This document shows positions 48,364 to 57,710 of a DNA stretch of 64,000 bases, piece after piece. The position numbers were made by a program, and so were the translations under genes. Under the pieces are notes generated by a model. It was not told the origin of the DNA and searched no databases. It saw only the letters and a list, made by a program, of their open reading frames with translations. The DNA comes from Fimbriimonadales bacterium (GTDB lineage: Bacteria; Armatimonadota; Fimbriimonadia; Fimbriimonadales; GBS-DC): positions 150,025 through 214,024 of the forward strand of contig BPGO01000003.1 in the NCBI GenBank assembly GCA_026003075.1, given 5' to 3'. Positions within the stretch are counted from its first letter, which is position 1. Each line of letters starts with the position of its first letter.

Positions 48364-49107
48364 TCAGCGCGTCGTAATACTGCGCGGCAGGGGGGCGTAC
48401 TGCGTCTCGTGGCAGAACTCACGCCAACTCTCGCCATTAAGCGAGCAAGTGCGCCAGAGACGAACACGCACGCCAGCGCGCCCCGGCTGGGCTCGGAACC
48501 CGACCGCAATGGGTGCAGGCGCGGAAGCGACGATTTCAGGCGTCAGGGTACAACGCGGTACGGTGCGGCGCACGGTCTCTGCAGAAGCCAGCGCATAAAT
48601 GGTGCACACCATGCGCGACTCCGTTACCTTAAACGCCACCCGACACGGGAACGGATAGGGATTGCGGAGTTTCAGGTCGGCGATTCCCTGCGCCACGGCG
48701 GCGTCGCGCCCTACGCCGATATAACTGGGCGCAAGCGTGTGGGGATGCCGTTCCACGATGTCCAGCCCAGCGAGGAGCGCCGCGTTGTAAAGCGTCGTGG
48801 CGGTCTGACACACGCCCCCACCCCACGCAGGCACCAGAATCCCCCCATAGCTCACGGGCGCCCGCACATAGCCTTCGGAGCGTATCCACGAACCCACCGT
48901 TTGATTGAAGGACCAAGTGGTCTTCGGCGGCAGGATAACGCCATCGACCCGCTTTGCCGCGAGCAGCGCGTTATGGCGTTGCCCCGGCGTGCGCCCCTCC
49001 AACGAGGTAGCAAACTCCACCAGCGGCGTCGGCGTGTGGGGGGGCACACTGCGCTCACACCCCGCGCAACACAACCCCAGTCCCAGGATCCACCCAATCC
49101 AACGCAC
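48364..49107 (-). CDS. VanW family protein
   Basis: WSFNQTVGSWIRSEGYVRAPVSYGG...GGGVCQTATTLYNAALLAGLDIVERHPH. Confidence 0.75.
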   Translation of the reverse strand: MRWIGWILGLGLCCAGCERSVPPHTPTPLVEFATSLEGRTPGQRHNALLAAKRVDGVILPPKTTWSFNQTVGSWIRSEGYVRAPVSYGGILVPAWGGGVCQTATTLYNAALLAGLDIVERHPHTLAPSYIGVGRDAAVAQGIADLKLRNPYPFPCRVAFKVTESRMVCTIYALASAETVRRTVPRCTLTPEIVASAPAPIAVGFRAQPGRAGVRVRLWRTCSLNGESWREFCHETQYAPLPRSITTR

Positions 49108-49141
49108 ACCAACTCATTAGACGCATCGTGCGCGCTTCCTG

Positions 49142-50803
49142 CTACGCCGCTTCGGGGTGATAGATGCAGACCTGATTGCGCCCGTTGTGTTTGGCGCGGT
49201 AGAGCGCGGCATCCGCCTCGTAGAGCAAAGTCGCGGGGGGCGTGCCCATCCGATAACTCGCAACGCCCAAACTGGCGGAAACGGGCGCGTGCGGGTTCTG
49301 AATCTGGCTAATCTGAGCGCGTATACGCTCGGCGACTTGAACCGCTTGCTCCAGAGTCGTGTTGGGCAAAAGCAACGCGAACTCCTCACCCCCATAACGC
49401 GCCACGACATCATAGGCACGCGCTGATTGGCGCAACACCTCGGCGACCTGCTTGAGCAACTCGTCCCCTGCAGGGTGACCAAAGCGGTCGTTGAACTGCT
49501 TGAAGTGGTCAATATCCAGCATGACGAGCGACAGCGGCTGCCGATGACGCTCCGCCATCTGAACCAAATTATGGAGCGATTCATGGAACGCCCGATGGTT
49601 TTTCAGCCCCGTTAGTCCGTCGGTGAGAGCCGCTTGCGCCAGCGCCCGATTCGCCTCGACCAACTCCGCATTCAACTGCGCCAACTCTTGATGCGCAGCA
49701 CGGAGCTGTTGATACAGCGCTTGGAGCTCCTCATTCTGCGCTTGGATTTCCTCGCGCTGCCGCTCCTGCTCTTCAAAGGCTTGCTGCAGCTGGATTGCCA
49801 TCTGGTTAAAAGTCCGTGCGAGGAAACCGAACTCGTCGCGCGCCGCGTAGGGGATACGCGCGCCCCAGTCGCCCGACGCCAAGCGGTGAATTGCCATCAG
49901 AAATCGCCCGATATAAGCCCGCAAGAACCCCACCATCAGCAGGCTCGCCAGAATCGCAATCACGACACTTGCCACGGCCAAGGTGCGCTTGGCTTTGGAA
50001 AGCCACTCTTGCATGAGGGTCGTGGTCGCATGGGGGGATTCGAGTGTCAATAAGGCAATCGGGTGTCCAGTGGGGTCTCGTAGAATCACGCCTCCAGTAT
50101 CCCCTTCGTTGGTGTTGGAGCCGGGGGTTTGGAATTGGGTACTGAGCGTGAGGACGACCCTACTGCCAACCTGCTCACTCAGCTGGCTGAGTTGCGCGTG
50201 CTTGAGGGACTTCGCCAACACAAGCACCCCCGCAGGCGGCTGTTGCCACTCCTCATCGCAAATCGGAGCAGCGCTCATCATATAGACTGTGCCCTCGTGC
50301 CGCACCAACCCCGAGTCGCCCTTGCCGCCAAGCGCGTCTTGCACAAGTGATAGGTTCAGAAGCCATGCATTCTCGGAACGGCTTGAAATGAGAATTTTAC
50401 CTTCAGGTAATAGGACCGCCACAATATCATAATAAAAATGCTGAGCCAACCAATCGACGATATTGACCCTAAGCCACTCAAGGTCGCGTTTCAAAACGGC
50501 TTCCCGCGCGTCATTCCAAACACTATAGTCCTCGGTGTGGCGTAGCAGATTCACAAGTTCGCGTTCGATAGCGATTTCCGTGGTCTTGATCAACCGCATC
50601 TGGTTGAGCCGCGCTTGGTGTGCAAGGGCATCGTTGAGGTAGGCGAGGTTCATCAGCAGCCAGGTCGTGAGCAGCCCCATCAGGAGAAGGCTCAGCGTGA
50701 ACGCGAATCGGATGCCGATCGGGGTGCGCTCCCACCGATGGCGTGCTTGCCACCCCCATCGGCGTAGGTACAGTTTGCTCACGGCTCGCCAGCGCTGCAA
50801 CAT
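49142..50803 (-). CDS. Sensor diguanylate cyclase (periplasmic sensor, HAMP, coiled coil, GGDEF)
   Basis: Two TM segments flank a ~230-aa sensor domain. HAMP (RIPYAARDEFGFLARTFNQM). DGLTGLKNHRAF...RYGGEEFALLLP. Confidence 0.85.
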   Translation of the reverse strand: MLQRWRAVSKLYLRRWGWQARHRWERTPIGIRFAFTLSLLLMGLLTTWLLMNLAYLNDALAHQARLNQMRLIKTTEIAIERELVNLLRHTEDYSVWNDAREAVLKRDLEWLRVNIVDWLAQHFYYDIVAVLLPEGKILISSRSENAWLLNLSLVQDALGGKGDSGLVRHEGTVYMMSAAPICDEEWQQPPAGVLVLAKSLKHAQLSQLSEQVGSRVVLTLSTQFQTPGSNTNEGDTGGVILRDPTGHPIALLTLESPHATTTLMQEWLSKAKRTLAVASVVIAILASLLMVGFLRAYIGRFLMAIHRLASGDWGARIPYAARDEFGFLARTFNQMAIQLQQAFEEQERQREEIQAQNEELQALYQQLRAAHQELAQLNAELVEANRALAQAALTDGLTGLKNHRAFHESLHNLVQMAERHRQPLSLVMLDIDHFKQFNDRFGHPAGDELLKQVAEVLRQSARAYDVVARYGGEEFALLLPNTTLEQAVQVAERIRAQISQIQNPHAPVSASLGVASYRMGTPPATLLYEADAALYRAKHNGRNQVCIYHPEAA

Positions 50804-50935
50804 AGACTAAAGAGGTTATGCCATATTCTTCGCCTCATTTCCCCTGCGGTCGCGCACCGCGCCTATCCACACGAGAAACGCTAAGGCAGCAATCTGAATC
50901 CCGCGCGCAATCCCGTCCGGGCTGGTACGAAGCCC

Positions 50936-52804
50936 TCAATACACATTGCGACGCTCGTAGCGGAACTGCCACTCGCTTATGCCTGGCGGTACTTCCACAT
51001 CCCACACGATTTCGGTGTAGGGGTTCATCTGCAGGCGATTGCGGTAGTACCAATCCCAGAAGCGTGTATCGTCTACGGTTTTGGCGGTGACGCGCTTCGG
51101 CTCACGGGTGGCGTCCTTGAAGTGCCCCACAAACCGCACGCGTGCCATAAGGCGTACAGGTTGCTCGTTAAGGTTTTGCACACGAATGGTGGCGCGACTC
51201 ACATCCACGGCTCGCGTCCATGAGCTACCCGACGGGTCTCGGTCGTTTTGAACGGAGCAGGCGACGCTAATGCGTGTTGCGGGCGTCATGTAGATGAACG
51301 CATCGTCGCCGGGCGGTGTGAACAGCAGCACATCTTGCCCTACAGGCGACCCACCACGCAGCACCGTGATGGGCGCGGTTGTCCACGGGGTGTTGCCCGT
51401 GTTGCGTAGGATAATCGCTTCGTACACCTCGTTGCGGAAGCGACGCTCCTGCGCCACGCGATACGCAAGGTCTTCCAGCGTCGTGAAGGTTGTATCACTC
51501 CTGCGACCGTAGGATCCCGAAGTGTAGGTCCCGCGTTCCATTTCGGTCAGGTCATAGACCCAGAGGTGGGTGTAATCCACGACCAGCTTCTGTTGCCTGA
51601 TTTGGATGTGTGTGACGCCGTTTTTGGGTAAGCTGATGCGTGGCAACTCCAAGAACGCGACGGAGTCGGCGTTTGATGCCGACGCGCTGCCCTGCTCAAT
51701 GCCCATGCCAGGCGCGCTTGGCGCGGAAGGCGCGAACCCTCCGAAGCCGCCCGCGCTAATAACATCCGCGACTCGTGGGGCTGAAGTGTACCAAGGATAC
51801 CACTGAGGCGGCTCTCCACCGAACCAACGAGAGAGTTTACGGAAAGTCTCGCGCAGTCCCAGCGGTGAGGGATGATCCTGCATCATGAACTGGATAGCAC
51901 CGACTGCGACAGTGGCTTCCACATCCTGCAGGTCTTGCAGTTCGTTAATGAGGACACCGCTGAGGGTAAGCGTCGCCTCGCTGGCGCGTGCGGTCGGCAA
52001 TGCCAGTCGATACTCTGGTATCCAGCGAATACCGCGCTCGATGGCGTAGAGGTGCACGGGCACGCGCTCACCCCGCCCCACCCCTGACAGGCTAATCTCC
52101 AGCAGGGGGCGCTTCACGACCACCTCGCGCTCGCGCACATATGGCTCGCCAAACTCGATCTGCTTTACTTGGGCTGGGGTAAACATCACCAAACCGTTGG
52201 CGGTCTCCACCGCGAAGGTCGCCTGCTGCGCGACGCGGCTAAATCTATCTTGCACATAGTCGGGCGGCGTGATCGGATAGGAGTACCAGTCCCAGCGGGA
52301 TGCTGGTCGTGTTGGGTGCGTCGGCACATAATCGGGTAGTGGGTCGGCGGTCGGGTAGGCGTCCTCGTAAGTAATGCTTGGCTTGAACACCCGCAGGACA
52401 CCCTCGTACCGCTCGGTCTGCACGGACTGGCTCGGCTGAGGTGAGTCAGGGTACACCAGCGACACCGCCACGCGCTTGCCGTCATTCAGAAGCAGCAGCT
52501 CGGCGAGGTTCGCTGGCGGAGCCATCCGTTTCTCGTCTACCATACGGGCTTGGAGGCTGACTATCTGCGCCGTTTTGTGGCGCACCGTAGCCCACACGCC
52601 ACCCATCAGCGCGTTGAGAGCGTTCTCGATGCGAACAGGGTTCTGGTCGGCTTCCACAAGAACCTCACGCTCGGTCAGGCAGTTTCCGTCTTTGTAAATC
52701 ACCACACGGCGTATAGGCGACTCAACCGCCTTATCAGGTTGCGCCAACAGATACGCAACCGTCAGCATTCCTAATGCGCACAGCCAGAAACGCATGCGAA
52801 TCAC
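50936..52804 (-). CDS. Secreted hypothetical protein, DUF4139/DUF4140-like pattern
   Basis: Signal peptide. N-terminal VVIYKDGNCLTEREVLV and C-terminal ILRNTGNTPWTTAPITVLRGGSPVGQDVLLFTPPGDDAFI fit my recollection of the DUF4140/DUF4139 pattern. Unverified. Confidence 0.45.
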   Translation of the reverse strand: MIRMRFWLCALGMLTVAYLLAQPDKAVESPIRRVVIYKDGNCLTEREVLVEADQNPVRIENALNALMGGVWATVRHKTAQIVSLQARMVDEKRMAPPANLAELLLLNDGKRVAVSLVYPDSPQPSQSVQTERYEGVLRVFKPSITYEDAYPTADPLPDYVPTHPTRPASRWDWYSYPITPPDYVQDRFSRVAQQATFAVETANGLVMFTPAQVKQIEFGEPYVREREVVVKRPLLEISLSGVGRGERVPVHLYAIERGIRWIPEYRLALPTARASEATLTLSGVLINELQDLQDVEATVAVGAIQFMMQDHPSPLGLRETFRKLSRWFGGEPPQWYPWYTSAPRVADVISAGGFGGFAPSAPSAPGMGIEQGSASASNADSVAFLELPRISLPKNGVTHIQIRQQKLVVDYTHLWVYDLTEMERGTYTSGSYGRRSDTTFTTLEDLAYRVAQERRFRNEVYEAIILRNTGNTPWTTAPITVLRGGSPVGQDVLLFTPPGDDAFIYMTPATRISVACSVQNDRDPSGSSWTRAVDVSRATIRVQNLNEQPVRLMARVRFVGHFKDATREPKRVTAKTVDDTRFWDWYYRNRLQMNPYTEIVWDVEVPPGISEWQFRYERRNVY

Positions 52805-52879
52805 CTCGTAGTGTTAGACGAGCAAGACTGGTGGACTGCATCACTTCCGCCCCTTGGAACTTTCCGCAGTCGAATCGGG

Positions 52880-52885
52880 TATTAT
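52880..52885 (+). promoter_or_regulatory. -10 box for clpB
   Basis: GGGTATTAT, 52 nt before ATG 52938, with SD GGAGGA. Confidence 0.45.
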
Positions 52886-52937
52886 ATTATGCATAGCAAG
52901 CAACTTGATAATATCACACTCAATTTGGAGGACGACG

Positions 52938-55547
52938 ATGCGATTTGATAAACTGACGATTAAGGCACAGGAGGCCGTTCAAGAGGCGCAGCAGCTGGCG
53001 GAGCAGTATCGCCACCCCGCGATTGATAACGAGCATCTGCTTCTGGCGCTGTTGCGGCAGGAGGGCGGTGTTGTGCCCTCGCTGTTGCAGAAACTGGGCG
53101 TGATGCCCCGCACGATTGAGACCGCGATCGAGCAAGAGTTGGCGCGACGCCCGCAGGTGTCGGGCGCGTCGACGGTGGGCGCACAGATTACCCATCGGCT
53201 CAAAGCGGTTTTGGACACGGCGTTCGATGAGGCGATTCGCCTCAAAGACGAGTATGTCAGCACCGAACACCTGCTGCTGGGCTTGACGGCAGACACTTCG
53301 GGCGAGGCGGGGCGCGTGCTGCGCATGCAGGGCGTCTCGCGGGAGGCGGTTCTCAAGGCGCTGCAGGAAATCCGCGGCGGGCAACGCATCACCGACCAAA
53401 ACCCTGAAGAGAAGTACCAAGCGCTGGAAAAATACGGGCGTGACCTCACCCTGCTCGCGCGACAGGGCAAACTCGACCCTGTCATCGGGCGCGATGAGGA
53501 GATACGGCGCGTGATCCATGTGCTGTCGCGCCGCACCAAAAACAACCCCGTGCTGATTGGCGAGCCGGGCGTCGGTAAAACCGCCATCGTGGAGGGCTTG
53601 GCGCAACGAATCGCCACCGGCGATGTGCCCGAAACGCTCAAAGACAAGCGACTCGTGCAGTTAGACCTTGGCGCACTGATTGCAGGCGCGAAGTATCGCG
53701 GTGAGTTCGAAGAGCGCCTGAAAGCCGTGCTGAAGGAGGTCACCAGCGCCGAGGGGCAGATTATCCTGTTCATCGATGAGATTCACACGCTGGTGGGCGC
53801 GGGCGCAGCGGAAGGCGCCATGGATGCCGCCAACATGCTCAAGCCGCTGCTCGCACGCGGCGAACTGCGCACCATCGGCGCGACCACCCTCGACGAGTAC
53901 CGCAAACATATCGAGAAAGACCCCGCACTGGAGCGACGATTCCAACCCGTGTATGTGGGCGAACCCAGCGTGGAAGACACCATCGCCATCCTGCGCGGGC
54001 TGAAAGAGCGCTACGAGGTTCACCACGGTGTGCGCATCAGCGACAGCGCCATCGTGGCGGCGGCAAAACTCTCCCACCGCTACATCACCGACCGATTCCT
54101 GCCCGACAAGGCGATTGACCTCATCGACGAAGCCGCCGCCAAACTGCGCATGGAAATCGACTCCATGCCCACGGAAATCGACGAAATCGACCGCAAAATC
54201 CGCCAACTGGAGATTGAGCGCGAGGCGCTGCGCCGCGAAGAGGACAACCCACAAGCCAAAGAGCAGATCGCCCGACTGGAGCGCGAACTGGCAGCGCTGA
54301 ACGAAGAGAAGAGCCGACTCGTCGCCCACTGGCAACGCGAAAAGGAGCTCATCACCCAAATCCGCGCGACCAAAGAGCGCATCGAGCAGACCAAGTTCGA
54401 AGAGCAACAGGCGGAACGGGCGGGCGACTTCGCACGCGCCGCCGAACTGCGCTACGGCGTGCTGCTCGAACTCCAAAAGCAACTGCAGGCGCTCCAAGAA
54501 CAACTCGCCCAAGTGCAGCAAGAGATGCAACTGCTCAAAGAAGAAGTGGACGCCGATGACATCGCCGAAGTCGTGGCGAAGTGGACGGGCATCCCCGTGC
54601 AGCGACTGAAAGAGACCGAGAGCGAGAAACTGCTGCATATCGAGGAACGCCTGCACCAGCGCGTCGTGGGGCAAGACGAGGCGATTACCGCCGTCGCGAA
54701 CGCCATCCGACGCTCCCGCGCCGGGCTGTCCGACCCGAACCGACCGATTGGCTCGTTTATCTTCCTCGGACCCACTGGCGTCGGCAAGACCGAGCTGGCG
54801 AAAGCGCTCGCTGAGTTCCTGTTCGACGATGAGCGCAACCTCGTGCGTATCGACATGAGCGAGTACATGGAGCGCCACTCGGTCGCACGGCTGATTGGTG
54901 CGCCTCCGGGCTATGTGGGCTACGAGGAGGGCGGACAACTCACCAAAGCCATCCGCCGACGACCCTACAGCGTCATCCTGTTCGACGAAATCGAAAAGGC
55001 GCACCCCGAAGTGTTCAATGTGCTGCTGCAACTATTGGATGACGGACGACTCACCGACGGGCAGGGGCGCACGGTGGACTTCCGCAACACGCTTGTGATT
55101 ATGACCAGCAACATCGGCTCCGTCCTCTATCAGGAGATGAACGAGTTCAACCGGGACGAGATCCGCGAGCAGATTATGCAAGCGGTGCGGGCGCACTTCC
55201 GCCCCGAGTTCCTGAACCGCATCGACGAGATTATCATGTTCAACCCGTTGGACATCCTGCAAATCAAGCGCATCGTGGACCTGCAGCTGCGCTACATCCA
55301 GAAGCGTCTGGACGAGCGCAAGATTCGCTTGGAGCTGACCGAAGAGGCGAAGCAGGAGTTGGCGGTTCGGGGCTACGACCCGCAGTTGGGAGCGCGTCCG
55401 CTGCGGCGCACCATCGAGCGCGAGGTGCTGAACCCGCTGGCGCAGAAACTGCTTGCCCGCGAGTTCTTGGACGGCGACACCATCCGCGTGGATTATCGCG
55501 AGGGGCAGTTCGTGTTCGAGCGCGTGGTGGCGGCGGAGGTGGTGTAA
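52938..55547 (+). CDS. clpB: Chaperone disaggregase ClpB
   Basis: Start ATG 52938 (SD GGAGGA): [39 protein letters not shown]. Two AAA+ modules with a long coiled-coil middle domain, 869 aa. Confidence 0.93.
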   Translation: MRFDKLTIKAQEAVQEAQQLAEQYRHPAIDNEHLLLALLRQEGGVVPSLLQKLGVMPRTIETAIEQELARRPQVSGASTVGAQITHRLKAVLDTAFDEAIRLKDEYVSTEHLLLGLTADTSGEAGRVLRMQGVSREAVLKALQEIRGGQRITDQNPEEKYQALEKYGRDLTLLARQGKLDPVIGRDEEIRRVIHVLSRRTKNNPVLIGEPGVGKTAIVEGLAQRIATGDVPETLKDKRLVQLDLGALIAGAKYRGEFEERLKAVLKEVTSAEGQIILFIDEIHTLVGAGAAEGAMDAANMLKPLLARGELRTIGATTLDEYRKHIEKDPALERRFQPVYVGEPSVEDTIAILRGLKERYEVHHGVRISDSAIVAAAKLSHRYITDRFLPDKAIDLIDEAAAKLRMEIDSMPTEIDEIDRKIRQLEIEREALRREEDNPQAKEQIARLERELAALNEEKSRLVAHWQREKELITQIRATKERIEQTKFEEQQAERAGDFARAAELRYGVLLELQKQLQALQEQLAQVQQEMQLLKEEVDADDIAEVVAKWTGIPVQRLKETESEKLLHIEERLHQRVVGQDEAITAVANAIRRSRAGLSDPNRPIGSFIFLGPTGVGKTELAKALAEFLFDDERNLVRIDMSEYMERHSVARLIGAPPGYVGYEEGGQLTKAIRRRPYSVILFDEIEKAHPEVFNVLLQLLDDGRLTDGQGRTVDFRNTLVIMTSNIGSVLYQEMNEFNRDEIREQIMQAVRAHFRPEFLNRIDEIIMFNPLDILQIKRIVDLQLRYIQKRLDERKIRLELTEEAKQELAVRGYDPQLGARPLRRTIEREVLNPLAQKLLAREFLDGDTIRVDYREGQFVFERVVAAEVV

Positions 55548-55558
55548 TCGCCGCCGCC

Positions 55559-56524
55559 CTACCGCGTGCCCTGCACAACGATATCTGCCAGCGGTCTGCC
55601 CTCTAAGAAGCGCAACACATTCTGAATCACGCCCTGCGCGATACGCTGCTGCGCTTCTTGCGTGACGCCTGCGCCGTGTGGGGTCAGGATCACATTGGGG
55701 AGCTTCAGCAGAGGATGATCGGGGGGCGGTGGCTCGGGGGAGAACACATCGATCGCTGCGCCGCCCAGATGCCCCTGCAACGCCTCCACCAACGCCGCTT
55801 CGTCCACCAACTCCGCACGCGCCGTGTTGATCAAGAACGCGCCCTGCTTCATCCGGAACAAGCGTTCGCGACCGAACAGCCCGCGCGTTTCGGGCGTGAG
55901 CGGCATATGGAGCGTGACAATATCACACTCAGGCAGAAGCGCATCCAACTCCAGATAAGTCACGCCGAGTTGCGCCTCTAATTCGGGCGAGAGGGGGGTG
56001 ATATCGTAGTAGAAGGTCGTCACACCAAACGGCAGCAGGCGCGTGGCGACCTCGCGTCCGATGCGTCCCATACCGATAATCCCCACTGTCTTGCCCTGAA
56101 TATCGTGGGCATGGGCAATCCAGTAGGGCAACGACCACTGCCCTTGCGCCAGCATGATATGTGCGGGGATAAGCCCTTTCATCAGCGCGAGTGCGACCAT
56201 CACCACATGCTCAGCGACGCTGACCGTGTTCGCGCCCGTGACGGCGGCGACCGTGATTCCCAACTCGCGTGCGGCGTCGATATCCACATGGTCGACGCCC
56301 ACGCCAGCCACCTGAATGAAGCGCAGGCGTGCTGCCTGTTGCAACATGGCGCGTGTGAGCGGGGTGAACGCGGTGGAGATAAGCACTTCGGCGTCGGGCA
56401 GGTGGGGTGCGAGTTCCTCGGCGTTCGTCGCTAACTCAACGGTATGCCCTGAAAAGAGCGCGCGCACCATCGCCACCTGCGCCTGTACCTGTTCCGACGG
56501 CGGTAAGATAGCTACCACTTTCAT
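55559..56524 (-). CDS. D-isomer-specific 2-hydroxyacid dehydrogenase family (PGDH/glyoxylate reductase-like)
   Basis: Start ATG 56524 (SD GGAGG): MKVVAIL. GKTVGIIGMGRIGREVA (NAD site) and a TPHGAG-type C-terminal motif. Confidence 0.85.
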   Translation of the reverse strand: MKVVAILPPSEQVQAQVAMVRALFSGHTVELATNAEELAPHLPDAEVLISTAFTPLTRAMLQQAARLRFIQVAGVGVDHVDIDAARELGITVAAVTGANTVSVAEHVVMVALALMKGLIPAHIMLAQGQWSLPYWIAHAHDIQGKTVGIIGMGRIGREVATRLLPFGVTTFYYDITPLSPELEAQLGVTYLELDALLPECDIVTLHMPLTPETRGLFGRERLFRMKQGAFLINTARAELVDEAALVEALQGHLGGAAIDVFSPEPPPPDHPLLKLPNVILTPHGAGVTQEAQQRIAQGVIQNVLRFLEGRPLADIVVQGTR

Positions 56525-56564
56525 AGGGGGATTCCTCCACCCCCGAAAGTTCGCCTCAACCCGC

Positions 56565-56570
56565 AAGATA
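56565..56570 (-). promoter_or_regulatory. -10 box for the 2-hydroxyacid dehydrogenase, immediately after the PIN-like gene stop
   Basis: Minus strand AGGTATCTT, 40 nt before ATG 56524, with SD GGAGG. Confidence 0.4.
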
Positions 56571-56574
56571 CCTG

Positions 56575-57531
56575 CTACGCTTCCTTTTGCGCTGCGGCTT
56601 CGAGAATCGCGAGATCTCGCCGCAGTGAATCCAAGACCTTGCTCTCCGAAGACGGCGCTGTAATCTTGAGATGCTCATGACGCCAATTTTCGGTGCTTTT
56701 TCCATACCACACCCCGTACAGATACACCGTATCGCCCGACTCGGTCGCGATATCGATGCGCCCATAGATAACCGCCAGTTGATACAACAGACGCGCTGCG
56801 TACTCCCACAGGACATGATATTCAGACTGCAGCTTCGAGGGATACCGCACCAGCACACCGATTAGGTTCGTGTTGCCGTCGCAACGAGTCACGAAATCGT
56901 TGTCCGAACTGAACAGGATGACCTTCCTACATGGCTTAGCGGCGAACTGCGCATAGGTCTCGATGATAAGCCCGTCGGAGTCGGTGGGCGTTCCGGGGCG
57001 GCGTCGGCGCAGAGAACGGCTCTCACAGGTGCCCGAGGCGAGCATCGCATTCCATTCCGCCAAGGCAAGCTGTCGAAGCCGATCCGCAAGCACATTCTGA
57101 TTCTCGAAAACGCGCGGAACGCTAAAGGACTGGTAGATATCGCGGAACGCATGCAGAAATTCACCGTTGATTTTCTCGGAGCGTGCATCTAACTCACGCT
57201 TTACCTGTTGCGCAAGCCGCAGGTTGTACCGAGGAGAGTGTTCATAAGGCGGGGCGATGAAATTGGAATAGAGACGGTTTCGAATTGCGTTGTTGTCGAA
57301 CGCTAAATAATACACATCGCCGCCGCGTGGAGGGACGCTTTGAGAGGCTTCTTTCAGGAGCCTTTGTATCTCCGGAAGGTTCGTGGGCTGAACAATCCCT
57401 GCCTGTCGGAAGGCATCTTGCAGTCGATTAAATTCGGGAAGTTCGTGCTTCAAATTCGTAGCCCAATTCGACGTTTTCTCAGAAGGACGCTGTGAAACGA
57501 CTTGGTCGATGCGTTTTTGCAGGTCCCTCAA
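56575..57531 (-). CDS. PIN/NYN-like nuclease domain protein with N- and C-terminal extensions (318 aa)
   Basis: Ordered acidic motifs: VYYLAFDNN, LALAEWN, DSDGLIIETYAQFAAKPCRKVILFSSDNDF. Only a TTG start (57531) is available upstream of the domain; GTG at codon 73 is an alternative. No database check. Confidence 0.5.
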   Translation of the reverse strand: MRDLQKRIDQVVSQRPSEKTSNWATNLKHELPEFNRLQDAFRQAGIVQPTNLPEIQRLLKEASQSVPPRGGDVYYLAFDNNAIRNRLYSNFIAPPYEHSPRYNLRLAQQVKRELDARSEKINGEFLHAFRDIYQSFSVPRVFENQNVLADRLRQLALAEWNAMLASGTCESRSLRRRRPGTPTDSDGLIIETYAQFAAKPCRKVILFSSDNDFVTRCDGNTNLIGVLVRYPSKLQSEYHVLWEYAARLLYQLAVIYGRIDIATESGDTVYLYGVWYGKSTENWRHEHLKITAPSSESKVLDSLRRDLAILEAAAQKEA

Positions 57532-57532
57532 T

Positions 57533-57709
57533 TTACTTGCTTATAGTTCGTTTGCTGAGACGATTTCCCGAACTCGCTGCCTGCTGGTTCCTCAAATCCA
57601 GCGTAAACAGCGTCAGGCCGTCTAACAGGGGCGATTTCACGACGACTTGATCGCCCAAACGATTGAGCAGAGCGACTCCGTAGCGCGCCTTAAGTAATAA
57701 CCTCTCCAT
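57533..57709 (-). CDS. 58-aa micro-ORF between the CARF-like and PIN-like genes
   Basis: ATG 57709 lies 1 nt after the upstream stop: MERLLLKARYGVALLNRLGDQVVVKSPLLDGLTLFTLDLRNQQAASSGNRLSKRTISK. The stop is 1 nt before the PIN-like start. The 82-aa ORF-track version adds an S/T/C/R-rich, off-frame-looking N-terminus. Confidence 0.35.
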   Translation of the reverse strand: MERLLLKARYGVALLNRLGDQVVVKSPLLDGLTLFTLDLRNQQAASSGNRLSKRTISK

Positions 57710-57710
57710 C

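Noticed and set aside
48313-49311. 332-aa plus-strand ORF opposite VanW and the GGDEF 3' end
   Set aside because: It is antisense to recognisable genes and is an Arg/Pro/Gly-rich nonsense-like sequence.
52920-55031. Long antisense ORFs opposite clpB (53661-55031 at 456 aa; 52979-53773 at 264 aa; 52920-53606 at 228 aa)
   Set aside because: Same reasoning as for clpC. It is striking that both Hsp100 genes carry long mirror ORFs, but this is explained by shared codon bias rather than by a second coding layer.
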